This document shows positions 1 to 13,095 of a DNA stretch of 64,000 bases, piece after piece. Each line of letters starts with the position of its first letter. The first letter of the stretch is position 1. Both the position numbers and the translations under genes were made by a program. The notes beneath the pieces were generated by a model. The model searched no databases. It was not told the origin of the DNA and was given only the letters and a program-made list of their open reading frames with translations. Source of the stretch: Mustelus asterias (Eukaryota); contig NC_135808.1 in the NCBI RefSeq assembly GCF_964213995.1, positions 34,224,001 to 34,288,000 of the forward strand. The letters are read 5' to 3'.

Positions 1-2614
1 ACGCAGCTGGATGCGTATCCCCTCCCGCGCATATCTGACATGGTCAATCAGATTGCGCAGTACCAGGTGTTCTCCACCATTGACTTGAAGTCTGCTTACC
101 ACCAGCTCCCCATTCGCCCAGAGGACCGAAAATACACGGCCTTTGAGGCGGATGGTCGTCTGTACCACTTTTTAAGGGTTCCCTTTGGTGTCACAAATGG
201 GGTCTCGGTCTTCCAGCGTGCTATGGACGGAATGGTGGACCAGAACGGGCTGCGGGCTACCTTCCCGTACCTGGATAACGTCACCATCTGCGGCCATGAC
301 CAACAGGACCACGATGCCAACCTTCTTAGATTCTTACGCACTGCATCTCGCCTGAATCTGACCTACAACAGGGAGAAGTGTGTATTTCGCAAGCGCTGCC
401 TAGCTATCCTCGGATACGTGGTGGAAAACGGGGTCCTTGGCCCTGATCCAGACCGTATGCGTCCCCTCCTCAAACTCCCCCTGCCCACTAGCATCAAAGC
501 ACTGAGAAGATGTTTAGGCTTCTTCGCATACTGTGCACAGTGAGTTCCCAATTACGCGGACAAAGCCCGTCCGCTCATCAAGTCTACCTCCTTTCCCCTA
601 ACAACAGAGGCTCGCGTAGCCTTTGCAGGAATAAAAGCCAACATTGCGTAAACCACGATGCACGCTATTGATAAGTCCATCCCCTTCCAGGTGGAGAGTG
701 ATGCATCTGATTTTGCCCTGGCCGCCACACTTAACCAGCCTTTTTCTCTCGCACCCTCCAAGGCCCTGAAATACGGCATTCTGCGGTGGAAAAAGAGGCC
801 CAGGCCATTGTGGAGGCCGTTCGGCATTGGCGCCATTACTTGGCGGGAAAACGGTTCACTCTGCTCACGGACCAGCGGTCCGTGGCGTTCATGTTCAACA
901 ACACGTTACGGGGTAAGATCAAGAATGATAAAATCTTGAGGTGGAGAATCGAACTCTCCACCTACAATTATGATATCATGTACCGTCCAGGGAAGCTCAA
1001 CGAGCCCTCGGACGCCCTGTCGCGTGGAACATGTGCTAGTGTGCAGGAGAATCGATTACAGGCTCTCCACAATGACCTTTGCCATCCGGGGGTCACTCGG
1101 CTCTTCCACTTCATAAAGGCCCAGAATCTACCCTACTCGGTGGAGGATGTCAGGTCCATAACCAGAAGCTGCCAGGTATGCGCGGAATGCAAACCGCACT
1201 TCTACCGACCTGACAGGGCACACCTCATTAAGGCCACTCGTCCTTTCGAAAGACTGAGTGTGGACTTCAAGGGCCCCCTTCCCTCGACAGGTCGGAATGT
1301 GTACTTCCTCAATGTGATTGACGAGTACTCACGATTCCCTTTTGTCATTCCCTGTTCTGATATGACCACTGCCACGGTTATCAAAGCATTACGGGATCTT
1401 TTCACCCTGTTTGGTTACCCCTGTTATATCCACAGCGATAGGGGCTCGTCGTTCATGAGCAACGACTTGAGGCAGTACCTGTTCTCAAATGGGATTGCCT
1501 CTAGTAGAACCACGAGCTACAACCCTAGGGGTAACAGACAGGTTGAACGAGAGAATGCTACAGTCTGGAAGGCTGTCTTACTGGCGTTGAGGTCTAAAGG
1601 TCTTCCAGTCTCCCGTTGGCAAGAGGTACTCTCTGATGCGCTCCATTCCATCCGCTCACTCCTATGTACGGCAACCAACGCTACTCTTCATGAGAGAATG
1701 TTTTCATTCCCTAGGAAGTCTTCCTCTGGGACCTCATTACCGTCTTGGTTGACGTACTCAGGACCTGTCCTCCTGCGGCGGCATGTTAGGACCCGCAAGT
1801 CCGACCCTTTGGTTGAACAGGTCCATCTCCTCCACGCCAACCCTCAGTATGCCTATGTGGCATACCCTGACGGGCGAGAGGACACGGTCTCGATTCGAGA
1901 TCTGGCGCCTGCAGGGGGCTTGGAAACCCCAGTCGCTCCCACACCCCCAGTTAGGGACCCCCCAACCATTATCTCTTCTCCTGACATGGCGCAGGCAGTA
2001 TCGGGACCACCACTTAACCCCCTTACTCCCGTGTACAGCTTGCCTGAGTCCAGGAGATTGTCGCCACCTCGAGGCGTGCTCGAGTCCAGCGGATTGTCAC
2101 CACCTTGTGGTCTACCGGCCCGTGAGGAATTGGAGGAGCTACTGGACACCGCCTTGGAGAGAAGGTCACCGCGATTGCCTGAACCGGCGTCATCGCCAGT
2201 ATTGAGGAGGTCGCAGAGACGGTGCGGTCCCCCAAAACGATTGAACTTATAGACAGATGAACAGTTGTTCTGGTTTTTTTTGTGCCCCGCCGGCCTTTGT
2301 TTTCAAAGGAGGGGTGAATGTGGTGAACCATTGTTGGTTACCACCAGGAGTGCTGAGCCATGGTCTGGCCAGTACTATGAGTCTGTAGATATGTTACTGT
2401 TGGGGTTAGGGTTGGGCTGTTCTACCTGTTAATATAGTCCTATGGTACACCCCAGTTGGCTCCGCCTTCCGGGAGAGGTATAAAGGTCACTGCTCTGCCT
2501 GGTGACCCTTTAGTCTGGGATTGTATATTGTAGAAAGTAGCTCCGTTATTGTTGGCAATAAAAGCCTTTATTTCCCGAGTACATCCAGCCTCCCGTGTGA
2601 TTTATTGCGCATCA
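1..2614 (+). mobile_element. Ty3/Gypsy LTR retrotransposon, 3' part (RT-RNase H-integrase pol, PPT, 3' LTR); pol disrupted
   Basis: RT motifs IDLKSAYHQ, PFGV.N, YLDNVTI (40-543, ends in TGA). RNase H ESDAS / EKEAQAI..AVRHWRHYL. Integrase H..G..R..C..C, SVDFKGP, IHSDRGSSF, YNPRGN.QVER (786-2252). Polypurine tract aaaggaggggtgaa at 2305-2318. Confidence 0.93.
2319..2614 (+). repeat. 3' LTR of the Gypsy element (~296 bp)
   Basis: Starts TG directly after the PPT and ends ...gcatCA. Contains TATAAA (~2480) and AATAAA (~2557). CR1 endonuclease codons (EIRNSRGKKSLVGVVYRPP) begin immediately after it. Confidence 0.8.
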
Positions 2615-5238
2615 GAGATAAGGAATAGTAGGGGGAAAAAGTCACTGGTAGGCGTGGTCTATAGACCCCCAAATAATAACTTAGAGGTAGGGAGGGCTAT
2701 AAACAAGCAAATAATGGATGCGTGCAAAAACAGAACGGCAATAATCATGGGGGATTTTAACCTGCATATTGATTGGTCGACTCAAATTGGACATGGAGGG
2801 CTTGAGGAAGAGTTCTTAGAATGCTGTCGGGATAGTTTTATTGAACAGTATGTTACAGAACCTACGAGAGAGCAAGTTATCTTAGATCTGGTACTGTGTA
2901 ATGAGACAGGTAGAATTAAGGATCTTCTTGTGAGGGATCCTCTTGGGTTGAGTGATCATAATATGGTTGAATTTCTGAATCAGATGGAGGGTGAGAAAGT
3001 AGAGTCCCAAACCAGTGTCCTCTGCTTGAACAGAGGGGAGTACGATAGGATGAGGGTGGAATTGGCTAATGTAGACTGGGCGAGCAGACTGGTAGGTAGG
3101 ACAGCTGAGGAACAGTGAAGGATTTTTAAGGAGATTTTTTAAAGTACTCAGCAAAAATATATTCCGGTGATAAAGAAGGACTGTAAGAAAAGGATAACCA
3201 GACGCGGATAACGAAGGAAATGAAGGACAGTATTAAAATAAAAACAGATGCGTACAGAGTGGCCAAAAATAGTGGAGAATTAGTGGATTGGGAAAGCTTT
3301 AAAAAACAACAAAGAACGACTAAGAAAGCGATTAAGAAAGGAAAGATAGATTATGAAACTAAACTAGCTCAAAATATAAAAAATGATAGTAAAAGTTTTT
3401 ACAAATATATAAAAAGGAATAGAGTGGCTAGAGTGAATGTTGGACCCTTGGAAGATGAGAGGGGGGATTTAATAGTGGGAAATGAGGAAATGGCTGAGAC
3501 TTTAAATAAGTTCTTTGTGTCGGTCTTCACGGTGGAAGACACAAATAGTTTACCGAATATTAGAGATCGAGAGTTGGTGGGAGGTGAGGTCCTTAATACA
3601 ATTACTGTTACTAAAGAGGTAGTGCTTGGTAGACTAACGGGACTGAAGGTGGACAAGTCCCCGGGCCCGGATGGAATGCATCCCAGCGTACTGAAAGAAA
3701 TGGCTGAGGTAATAGCAGATGCGTTAGTAGTTATTTATCAAAATTCGCTGGACTCTGGGGTAGTGCCGGCTGACTGGAAAACAGCTACTGTTACGCCGCT
3801 GTTTAAAAAAGGAAGTAGACAAAAGGCGGGTAACTACAGGCCGGTTAGCTTAACGTCCATAGTTGGGAAGATTCTGGAATCCATCATTAAAGAGGAAATA
3901 GCAGAGCACCTGGATAAGAATGGTTCGATCAAGCAGATGCAGCATGGATTTATGAAGGGAAAGTCGTGTTTGATGAATTTGCTGGATTTTTATGAAGATG
4001 TAACGAGTGAGGTTGACAGAGGGAAACCGATGGATGTGGTGTTTTTAGATTTCCAGAAGGTATGCGATAAGGTGCCTCACAAAAGGTTGCTGCAGAAGAT
4101 TGGGGTACACGGAGTTGGGGGTAAGGTGTTGGCATGGATTGGGGATTGGCTATCTAACAGGAAGCAGAGAGTTGGAATAAATGGGTGCTTTTCTGGTTGG
4201 CAGTTGGTGACCAGTGGCATGCCGCAGGGATCGGTGCTGGGGCCTCAATTGTTTACCATTTACATAGATGATCTGGAGGAGGGGACTGAGTGTAGGATAA
4301 CAAAGTTTGCTGATGACACGAAGATGAGTGGGAAAGCGAATTGCGTGAAGGACGCGGAAAGTCTGCAGAGAGATTTGGACAGGCTGAGCGAGTGGGCGAG
4401 GATCTGGTAGATGGAATATAACATTGGCAAATGTGAGGTTATCCACTTTGGAAGAAATAATAGTAAATTGGAATATTATTTAAATGGAGAAAAATTACAT
4501 CATGCTACTGTGCAGAGGGACCTGGGGGTCCTTGTGCACGAATCGCAAAAACTCAGTTTGCAGGTGCAGCAGGTGATCAAGAAGGCAAATGGAATGTTGG
4601 CGTTTATCGCGAAGGGGATGGAGTATAAAAGCAGGGAGGTCTTGCTGCAATTGTACAAGGTACTGGTGAGGCCGCAACTGGAGTACTGTGTGCAGTTTTG
4701 GTCCCCTTATTTGCGAAAGGATGTATTGGCCTTGGAGGGAGTGCAGAGAAGGTTCACCAGGTTGATACCGGAGATGAGGGGTGTAGCTTATGAGGAGAGA
4801 TTGAACAGATTGGATCTGTACTCGTTCGAGTTTAGAAGGCTGAGGGGTGATCTTATAGAGACATATAAGATAATGAAGGGGCTGGATAGGGTAGAGGTGG
4901 AGAGATTCTTTCCACTTAGAAGGGAAACCAGAACGAGAGGGCACAGCCTCAAAATAAGTGGCAGCCGGTTCAGAACAGAGTTGAGGGGGAACTTCTTCTC
5001 TCAGAGGGTAGTGAATCTCTGGAATTCTCTGCCCATTGAAGTGGTGGAGGCTTCCTCGTTGAATATGTTTAAATCACGGGTAGATAGTTTTCTGATCAAT
5101 AAGGGAATTAGGGGATATGGGAAGCAGGCGGGTAAGTGGAACTGATTCGCTTCAGATCAGCCACGATCTTATTGAATGGCGGGGCAGGCTCGAGGGGCTC
5201 GATGGCCTACTCCTGCTCCTATTTCTTATGTTCTTATG
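2615..5238 (+). mobile_element. CR1 LINE ORF2 (APE endonuclease + RT), with stops/frameshift, and 3' tail
   Basis: [56 protein letters not shown] motifs across ORFs 2549-3118, 3220-4410 and 4411-5145. Tail (ttcttatg)n at 5223-5238. Confidence 0.95.
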
Positions 5239-5546
5239 CCCTTCATCACAAGGTGGAAATCGAGTTAGAGGCTGGAAGATTTGGGCATTATAAAGCCCGT
5301 ACAATTCTCTGAATGGCTGCACCCATAGTCCCCATTTTAAAACCAGATCAGACAGTAAGAGTTTTCGGGGATTACAAATTAGCTGTCAATAAAGGAGCTC
5401 AGATAAACAGGTGCCCCATACCCAGAATCAAAGATCTCTATGCTAAACTAGCTCGAGGTTTAAAGTGCACTAAATTGGGCCTCAGCCATACCTATCCGCA
5501 GCTGAAGTTGGAGGAGGACACGCAAAGGCTGGTGACAATAAACATG

Positions 5547-6266
5547 ATGTGGAAATGCCGGCGTTGGACTGGGGTAAACACAGTAAGAAGTCTCACAGCA
5601 CCACGTTAAAGTCCAACAGGTTTATTTGGCAGCAAAAGCCACTAGCTTTCACGTTGTCTACCTGATATGCTGCAGGAAAGGATGTCCCGAGGCATGGTAC
5701 ATTGGGGAGACCATGAGACACTACGACAACGGATGAATGAACACCGCTCGACAATCACCAGGCAAGAGTCTTCTCTTTCTGTTAGGGAACACTTCAGCAG
5801 TCACAGGCATTCGGCCTCTGATCTTCGGGTAAGCGTTCTCCAAGGCGGCCTTCACGACACACGACAACGCAGAGTCGCTGAGCAGAGACTGATAGCCAAG
5901 TTCCGCACACATGAGGACGGCCTCAACCGGGATCTTGGGTTCATGTCACACTATCTGTAACCCACACAACTTGCCTGGGCTTGCAAAATCTCACTAACTG
6001 TCCTGGCTGGAGACAATACACATCTCTTTAACCTGTGCTTAATGCTCTCTCCACTCACAATGTCTGTACCTTTGAGGCTTGATTACCTGTAAAGACTCGC
6101 ATTCCAAGCATTATTTTGTAAATTGAGTTTGTGTCTTTATATGCCCTGTTTGTGAACACATCTCCCACTCACCTGATGAAGGAGCAGCGAGCGCTCCGAA
6201 AGCTAGTGGCTTGTGCTACCAAATAAATCTGTTGGACTTCAACCTGGTGTTGTGAGACTTCTTACT
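5547..6266 (+). mobile_element. Penelope-like element, 5'-truncated (GIY-YIG end + pLTR with hammerhead), preceded by an inverted terminal segment
   Basis: WYIGE-type and RQRMNEHRS..GLNRDLGFMSHYL GIY-YIG residues. 5547-5650 is the reverse complement of the family's 3' end. Flanked by the direct repeat tgacaataaacatg (5533-5546 / 6266-6279). Confidence 0.9.
6165..6209 (+). ncRNA. Minimal type-I hammerhead ribozyme motif in Penelope pLTR
   Basis: cac-CTGATGA-a-ggagc[agcgagc]gctcc-GAAA-gcTA-gtg: catalytic boxes, paired stem II, short palindromic stem III, stem I cac/gtg. Confidence 0.75.
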
Positions 6267-6724
6267 GACAATAAACATGCACAAGGGTTTGTACCTGTAT
6301 ATAAGATTACCATTTGGAGTCTCATCAGCCTGTGCCATTTTCCAGCGCACGATGGTAAGCCTCTTGCAAGGCATCCCACTGTAATAATTTATCTGGACGA
6401 TGTACTGATCACTGGCATTTCACCTAAAAAACACAGACCCAATTTGGAAGAAGCATTGAAATGGTTTAAGGTAACAGGGGTTAGGCTGAAACGGAAGAAA
6501 TGTGCATTTCAATCAGATGAAGTTAGCTATTTAGGATTCAGGGTCGATTCAAAACCACTATATCCATTGGAAGAAAAGGTTAAAGCCATCAAGGAGGTCC
6601 CACAACCAAAAGATGCATCCGAGCTGAAATCATTTCTGGGCATGATCAACTACAATGGCAGGTTTTTAAAAAAATGTTTCTACCACTTTAGCCCCATTTC
6701 ACCAACTTAAAAAAACCCAAAAGA

Positions 6725-6895
6725 TGGATCTTCCTCTACACCCTGCCTATGACTACAACACTATTTTCTGCACCCTCTCCTTTTCCTTCTCCCCTGTGTA
6801 CTCTATGAATGGCATGCTTTGTCTGTAAAGCGCATAAGAAACAATACTTTTCACTGCATTCCGGTACATGTGACAATAAATCAAATCAAATCAAA
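6725..6895 (+). mobile_element. Rex1/Babar-type LINE 3' end fragment
   Basis: Matches the 3' UTR of the LINE at 34046-35078 and ends gtgacaataaa(tcaaa)n. Confidence 0.7.
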
Positions 6896-7954
6896 TGGGG
6901 AGAAGAGCAAAATAAAACTTCCGCAAAAGTTAAACGGTCTGCAGTTATCCACCTTGTTGGTGCATTTTGACCCAAACAAGCCGTTAATAGTTACCTGTGC
7001 TCCTCCATGTGGAATGGGAGCTGTTTTGTCCCACCGATGCCTGATGGTGCAGAAAGGCCCATTGCCTTCACTTCAAGAATGTTATTTGACATGGGGAGGA
7101 AATACTCTCAAAAACACATTCTCTGGGACTCCCAAATAATTGTTCCATCCCCAAGACGACATCCAATATTAATGGAATTACATAATGTCCACCCAAGAGT
7201 ATCATAAATGAAGATGCTGGTCAGTAGTTATGTCTGGTGGCCCAGTCTTGATTCCGACATCACAGACTTGGTAAAACTATGTGATCTGTGCCATGAAAAT
7301 TAAAAACTCACACCCTCAGCCTCCCTACACCCATGAGAGTGGCCTGGCAGGCCATGGGTGTGCGTACATGTGGACTTAACATGTCCCTTTATGGGTTCCA
7401 TTTTTTAATCATGGTGGACGTACACTCCAAGTGGCTGGAGGTGCATTCCTGGGCTCCACCATGATCGAGAAATTACAGCAAGGCTTCAGCATACACTGAA
7501 TTCTGGAAGTCCTGGTTTCCGATAACAGCACGGCATTCACCAGTGGTGATTTCCAGAACTTTCTGCTTTCCAATGGTATTCAATGTGTCTGGACTGCATC
7601 TTATCACCCGTTGTCAAATGGACTGGCAGAATGGGTGGTTCCACCCTTTAAAAATGGTATGAAGAAACCGGCAGCATCCATTGACACTAAACTGACATGA
7701 CTGTTGTTTGGTTTCAGCGCCACACCGTACAGGACAAGGTGTTGCTCCAGCAGAGCTATTGGTGGGACGATGGCTTTGAGCCAGATTGAGCCTATCATTC
7801 CCATCCTTGGCGGGGAAGGTGAAGTCCCAGCAGGAAAACCAAAAAAAGAAACTTTGATTACATAAAGACAAAAAACTTTTGCAGCAGGTGATTTGGTTCA
7901 TGTAAGGAACTCCGGGGAAGGTCCCAGATAAGTCCCTGGGATCATTCTGGAGAA

Positions 7955-8087
7955 CACAGTAAGAAGTTTAACAACACCAGGTTAAAGTCCAACAGGTTCC
8001 CATTGGGTTAAACCTGTTGGACTTTAACCTGGTGTTGTCAAAACTCTTACTGTGTTTACCCCAGTCCAACGCCGGCATCTCCACATC
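7955..8087 (+). mobile_element. Penelope-derived fold-back mini-element (133 bp)
   Basis: ~45-bp inverted arms of the pLTR end plus a one-sided tail ...ccagtccaacgccggcatctccacatc. 14-bp TSD atcattctggagaa (7941-7954 / 8088-8101). Confidence 0.85.
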
Positions 8088-10208
8088 ATCATTCTGGAGA
8101 AACAGGACCAGTATCTTAGAAAGTTAAAGTTTGGGGTAAAACCCTAAAGAAGCACTTAGACCACCTCAGGGCCAGAGAGTCCTTGCCCGAGCTGCTCCTG
8201 GCACCGGCCAGGGAGATAGCTGCTGCCAGCCCTCAACTTGAAGCTGACTCCATGTAGGCCCCTCTGGATAGTGGGGGCACGGACTTGGAGATGGAGGCTG
8301 GAGAAGTGGGCCTCCAAGCTGAAGTGGAACCTGAGGAGAAACCTGCAACGCTCCCTCCAAACGAGAAGGTCCCCTGTTCGGTTTCCAACACCTGATACGG
8401 CCATGCCTTCGACGAACCGCTGCCCAAGTGCCAAGTGTCAGAAAGGACCTCCTCGCAGTGGGGTGCTGAGACAGCCTCAGACCTAAAAGGGAAAGGATGT
8501 TACAATGTCCACAAAGGCCACGAGGGATCATCAGTAGGTCTACCATAGGTTTTAAGGAGTATGAGTTGTCTTATTGAGTGAGTGGAAGCTTACCCAATGG
8601 GAAGCAGCCAGCAGGTGTTTTGAAGCCTGTAGCTTTACCCAGGCCAGAGTTGTGGGTCCCGGGGTGAAGACTACGTGACTGTAAGCCGCAGGAGTGGCCT
8701 TTTCCTTTGGTGCACAATGAAGGGTGTTGGTGACAGGAAACTGACGTTTGGCTGAATTACTATCTGTACCAAATGAAAAGGGTGTACCTGCGGCTTACAG
8801 TGAGACAGTCTGCACCTCGGGACCTACAACAACCAGCCCAGGTTGATCAGCAGCTTTATAAGCCCCCAATGTCTGCTTCTCATTGGGCTAGCATGCACTC
8901 GCTCAGTAAGGAAGCTTGTATTCCATAAAGTCCACAGGGAGATATATTGATGATTCCCCCCTGTTCTTTCAGCCATGCTATCATAACAGAATTCCAAGAG
9001 GAAATGAGAGAAATAGTTCACTTGTGGAGCTATGCCTTGACGAGGTCCCGAGCACTGTCCCCTGAGAGGCCAGAGCACTCTAGAGAGGCTGAACAACCCG
9101 TACAATTTCAGCAAATTCCTGCCATGTGACAGAAGACTAGAAAAAGTTCAGAGATCCCACCATTGAAAGAATCTTTCAGGAATAAGATGGTACAGAAAAG
9201 CTACCCGGATTTAAAAAGGCTGTGATTCAGCCAGAGAGGTTGAAAGGAGCCAAGACCAAGCAGCAGAAATCTGCAGTGGGGCAGAAAGCTGGAGATGATA
9301 AAGTAGCCCGAAAGGGAAATGTAGACCCCACAGGCCTCGGCTCAGAGCAGCTCGGAGGTAGCAAGCCTAAAGACAGTCCAGTAAAATCAAACCAGTTCCA
9401 CAGAAGGCCCCTAGAATCCGAAGTGGATTCTCAAAAACAACCCGAATGAATAGGGAGCAGAGAAGTCCACAAGGAGGTGAGGAATGTACTTCGCCCAGAG
9501 TCAAACCAAAAGAAGCTGGAAAGTTCTCAAATTCACCCAGAAGGACTGAGGGTGACGTTTCCTCCAGTTGATAAACCATCTGGAGATTTTTAAAAAGCTG
9601 ACCATTCCTCAGAGGGCAGTAATGTCCCAAAAGACACAGAAACCCCAACTCACCATCATTGGGATCCCCAACTATTTCAGACCCCATGCCTATCCCACTG
9701 GGTTACTGCACTGTAGCCATATCCAGTATGGATGCAGGAGAGGCCCCTGTCAGAAGGCCCTCTTCCTGTCAGCTCAGCACAGACAGATGTTCAGTCAGCT
9801 ATCACCAGAAGCTAGATCTTTCCAGCTGTGCTAGCCCCCAAAATGGGATCTCTTAAAGCAGCAAAAGGCCCTTCAAAGCCTCCCATTTTCCTGACACTTG
9901 GCCTAACCCCTGTCCCTGAGTCTACGTAACCGAACCCCCAGGTCACATAAATAAACAGGCAGTGCTAAGTGGGACAAGAGCTGCTCTTGATTCCAGCGCC
10001 TGGCACCCTCAGAGTCCCACATTCCCTGCGCATTAGCCAGAGATGTTTAACCCACACTCGACCCCTAGAAAACCCTCCTAACCATTTGAAGATACAGGAG
10101 AGTGGAATGCCTGACCCCCTGCCCCCTGCACCACCCCCCCCCTACCCCGGCCCCCTACAGAGGGGAGTGAAGTCAGACTTTTTGCACTAAATAGGCCTCC
10201 CCAGGCAG

Positions 10209-11129
10209 ATGAAATTCAAATTCTCACCAAATTACTTACATTACTGGAAAGGACAATGCGCTTGCAGGCACCCAGAGTTTAAACCTCAAAAGAAGGTGCA
10301 ACAGGGGACATTTGCTAACTGTGTGTTTGAGATGCCGGTGAGAATGAAAGAAAGTGTGGCCGGAGGACTGACTACAACAACTATTGCTACAATAACAATG
10401 GAATATTAGCTGTAAGCACAATTGTGACAATGAGAGTCAGCAAGCTGGGAACTTTGGTCAAGTTATAACTAAACGCAGATGCAGGTTAGAAGGCTACAGT
10501 GAGTCGTGACCTGGTCTGTGAACTGTGACATGACACTTCCTGTGTTGAAGAGAATAAGGATAGTTGTTTGCACTATGCCGGACATCCAGAGCCATTGTTA
10601 CCATATATGGTGAGGTTATGTAATTTACATGCAGTTTGGTATAAATATTTGGGAGTTATTTACGAGTAACTCCATTGGCCTGATCGAACAATGTGATCAA
10701 GTTCTGATTACATCATTGGCTGGGTGAATTTTCTGGAAGACTGGGAAAGTTTGGAGATAAAGAGATGTGCTTCAGCCCTTTGTCTCCAGTGATAACTCGA
10801 GACCCACCATCCCAAGTGTGCCCTGAAGGAACATCTTCAGAGAAGGCAACCACAAGGAAGAATCTACATTGGGAACGCACTCAGCTACTTCGTTCTGAAG
10901 TGGGTAATATCCGTTTTCAATTAAAGAGTTGAAGTTTCAGTTAAAGAGTTAATGTTAAAGACTTAAAGTTAAGAGTTGAAGCGTTGCAACTGTTGTAAGT
11001 TTGAGTTTGGCATCTAAAGTGTTGAATAAATGAAGGTTTGTTTAAGTGAATTTGAGTCAACTTCTGTCCTTTGGTTTGTAATAGTAAACTAAGTATCTGG
11101 AGTGTAGTTAAGTTTAAAGCCAGATAACA
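10209..11129 (+). repeat. Possible solo LTR
   Basis: TG...ACA ends, internal CCAAT-like motifs and AATAAA (~11025). No TSD confirmed. Confidence 0.35.
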
Positions 11130-11244
11130 AATGCCTGTATACTTCCAAGTTTCCTTATCCTTCCTTCCTAAGACTGTATTAGGATAGGCAGCATTGACTC
11201 AATGGGCCAAAGGGCCTCTTTCGGTGCTGTAAAACTCTTATGGA

Positions 11245-11412
11245 CTGGTGAACCAGATGGGTTTCACGGTCATCGTTAAACTTTTAATTCCAGATTCCTA
11301 TTGAATTTAAATTCCACTACCTGCTGTGGTAGAGTTCAACCCCGAATCCCCAGAGCATTACCCTGAACCTCTGGATTATGAGTCTAGGGCTATCACCACT
11401 ATACTACCACCA
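11245..11412 (-). mobile_element. tRNA-like 5' head of the tRNA-headed LINE family
   Basis: Reverse complement resembles 29603-29755 and 55905-56095 (ggactagtaatccagag...ggttc..accac..cag, ggaattaaaa). Confidence 0.6.
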
Positions 11413-11699
11413 CAAGAGCTAGTTTCAAAGGGGCACCATCTGTGCAGCAGCAAAGAGACTTCCTCAGTGTCAACTGTGATACGGCAAGGTGGGAGGAGGG
11501 TCATTTCAGGGGGTTGGAGCTCAAGGTCAGCACAGTTGACCAATTCCACATAAGGACATTGAGGTTGTTGTCTTGCTGCTGCACAGATGGTGCACCTTCC
11601 TTGAAACCAGATCCACCATCACCTTTTGCCCTCCCCTGATCACCCACCAACTAACCCCCATCACTATTGACCCAGCCTATATGAGCATTACTCTCCCTA

Positions 11700-11997
11700 T
11701 TTTGTTTTATTGATCAGAATCACAAGTAGGCTTACATTAACACTACAATGAAGTTACTGTGAAAATCCCCTAGTTGCCACACTCCAGCACCAGTTTGTGT
11801 ACACTGAGGAAGAATTTCGCATGGCTAATCCACCTAACTAGCACGTCTTTCGGACTATGGGAGGAAAACGGAGCATCCGGAGGAAACCGATGCAGACACG
11901 GGGGGAATGTGCAAACTCCGCACAGACAGTGACCTGAGCCAGAAATTGAATCCTGGCGCTGTGACACAGCAGTGTTAACCATTGTGCCACCATGCTG
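11700..11997 (-). mobile_element. V-SINE (HE1-like head and V domain) with an atypical tail
   Basis: On the - strand: tRNA head tggcacaatggttaacactgctg and V domain gtgcggagtttgcacattcccccc..ggtttcctccggatgctccg. The tail differs from the other four copies. Confidence 0.8.
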
Positions 11998-11999
11998 CT

Positions 12000-12990
12000 C
12001 CTCTGTCTCCCCACAGTTACCAGGGCACCATCATACTCCACTCCCACATGCCTATACCCATGACTGTGCCATACTCTTCCTGACCCAGCCCCCTCCGTTA
12101 TCTGTACTACCTGTCTTATCTTCATGACCCACCCAATGACACTGACACCTGTAAGAAAGATATCTTGATCCTCCCACACCTCCCCTTCTATGACTCTTCC
12201 CTCTTACCACCATGAACCTCAGTTTGCCTCCAAGTCCCCACCACCCTGAAGACATTTCCCAATCCCCCGTGAACACTTTTTGCCCCCTACACAATTCTCC
12301 TTCCCTCATGCACATTCCTCCCTACCCTTGGACAAACACATCCTCCCCACTCCCCAATAAACATTTCCCACTCCTCCCTGTACAATCCCCCATATGCATT
12401 CCCCCCTCCCCCATAGATTTTCTCCACTCCCTGGAGACATTCCCACGTATACAAACCTGCCTCCCCAAACACATCTCCACTCCCCGTATGCACTACTCCT
12501 CCCCGCATACATTCCCCACTCCCTGTTCACAATCCCCCTCTCCCCATATATGCTGCCCCCTCCCTCATATGCACACCTCATCCCCCCGTGCACACTCCCT
12601 ACAACCTCCTCCGTTATCAATTCTGCCTCCCCTTCATGTACAATCTCCCCGGTACACCACTCCCTCCACCTGTACACACTCCCCACTCCCATATGCACAT
12701 TTCACCATCCCGCATACACAATCCTGCCTCCCCATACACAATTCCCTCCTTCTCGTAAACAATAACTCTCTCTAGTACACACTCCCCATTCTCCCATACA
12801 CATTTTCCCCTCGTCCATACATACTCTCTGCTCCCCCCGACACAGTCCCCCTTCTCCTGCAAACAATCCCCCCTCCCCCACAGACCACTCCCCCATACAC
12901 ACCCCCTCTTCCAGTCTTCGCCTGCCTCCCCTGTTCACTCTCCCCTCCACCCCACCCCTTCTACTGCCCCTGTTTCCAGCCTCTGCACAG
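12000..12990. repeat. C/A/T-rich low-complexity tract (G-poor + strand)
   Basis: Loosely repeated ctcccc/cacat motifs. The Pro/His-rich and Gly-rich ORFs here are compositional artefacts. Confidence 0.75.
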
Positions 12991-13095
12991 TTTTGAATAC
13001 CGGTACCCAAGACCAAGCCCTGAGAGGACAAAATCAGCATCGATTGACCGCAAAGTCCCAGGAATAAGTTGACCTCACGGTCAACTTATTCCTAC

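Larger units (their letters stand above)
5239..8760 (+). mobile_element. Old degenerate Gypsy pol (RT, RNase H, integrase), with PPT and LTR starting ~8498; interrupted by three younger insertions
   Basis: WAAPIVPILKPD..VR..GDYK, IYLDDVLITG, LKSFLGMINY, SYVWWP, PEVLVSDN and YHP.SNGLAE fragments. aaaagggaaagga followed by TGTTAC at 8485-8503. The right end of the LTR is approximate. Confidence 0.8.

Noticed and set aside
8800-10200. Coding gene among short ORFs
   Set aside because: No recognisable domain or splice-consistent frame; probably unclassified repeat sequence.
12212-13040. Pro/His-rich and Gly-rich ORFs
   Set aside because: Low-complexity artefacts with no domain signature.
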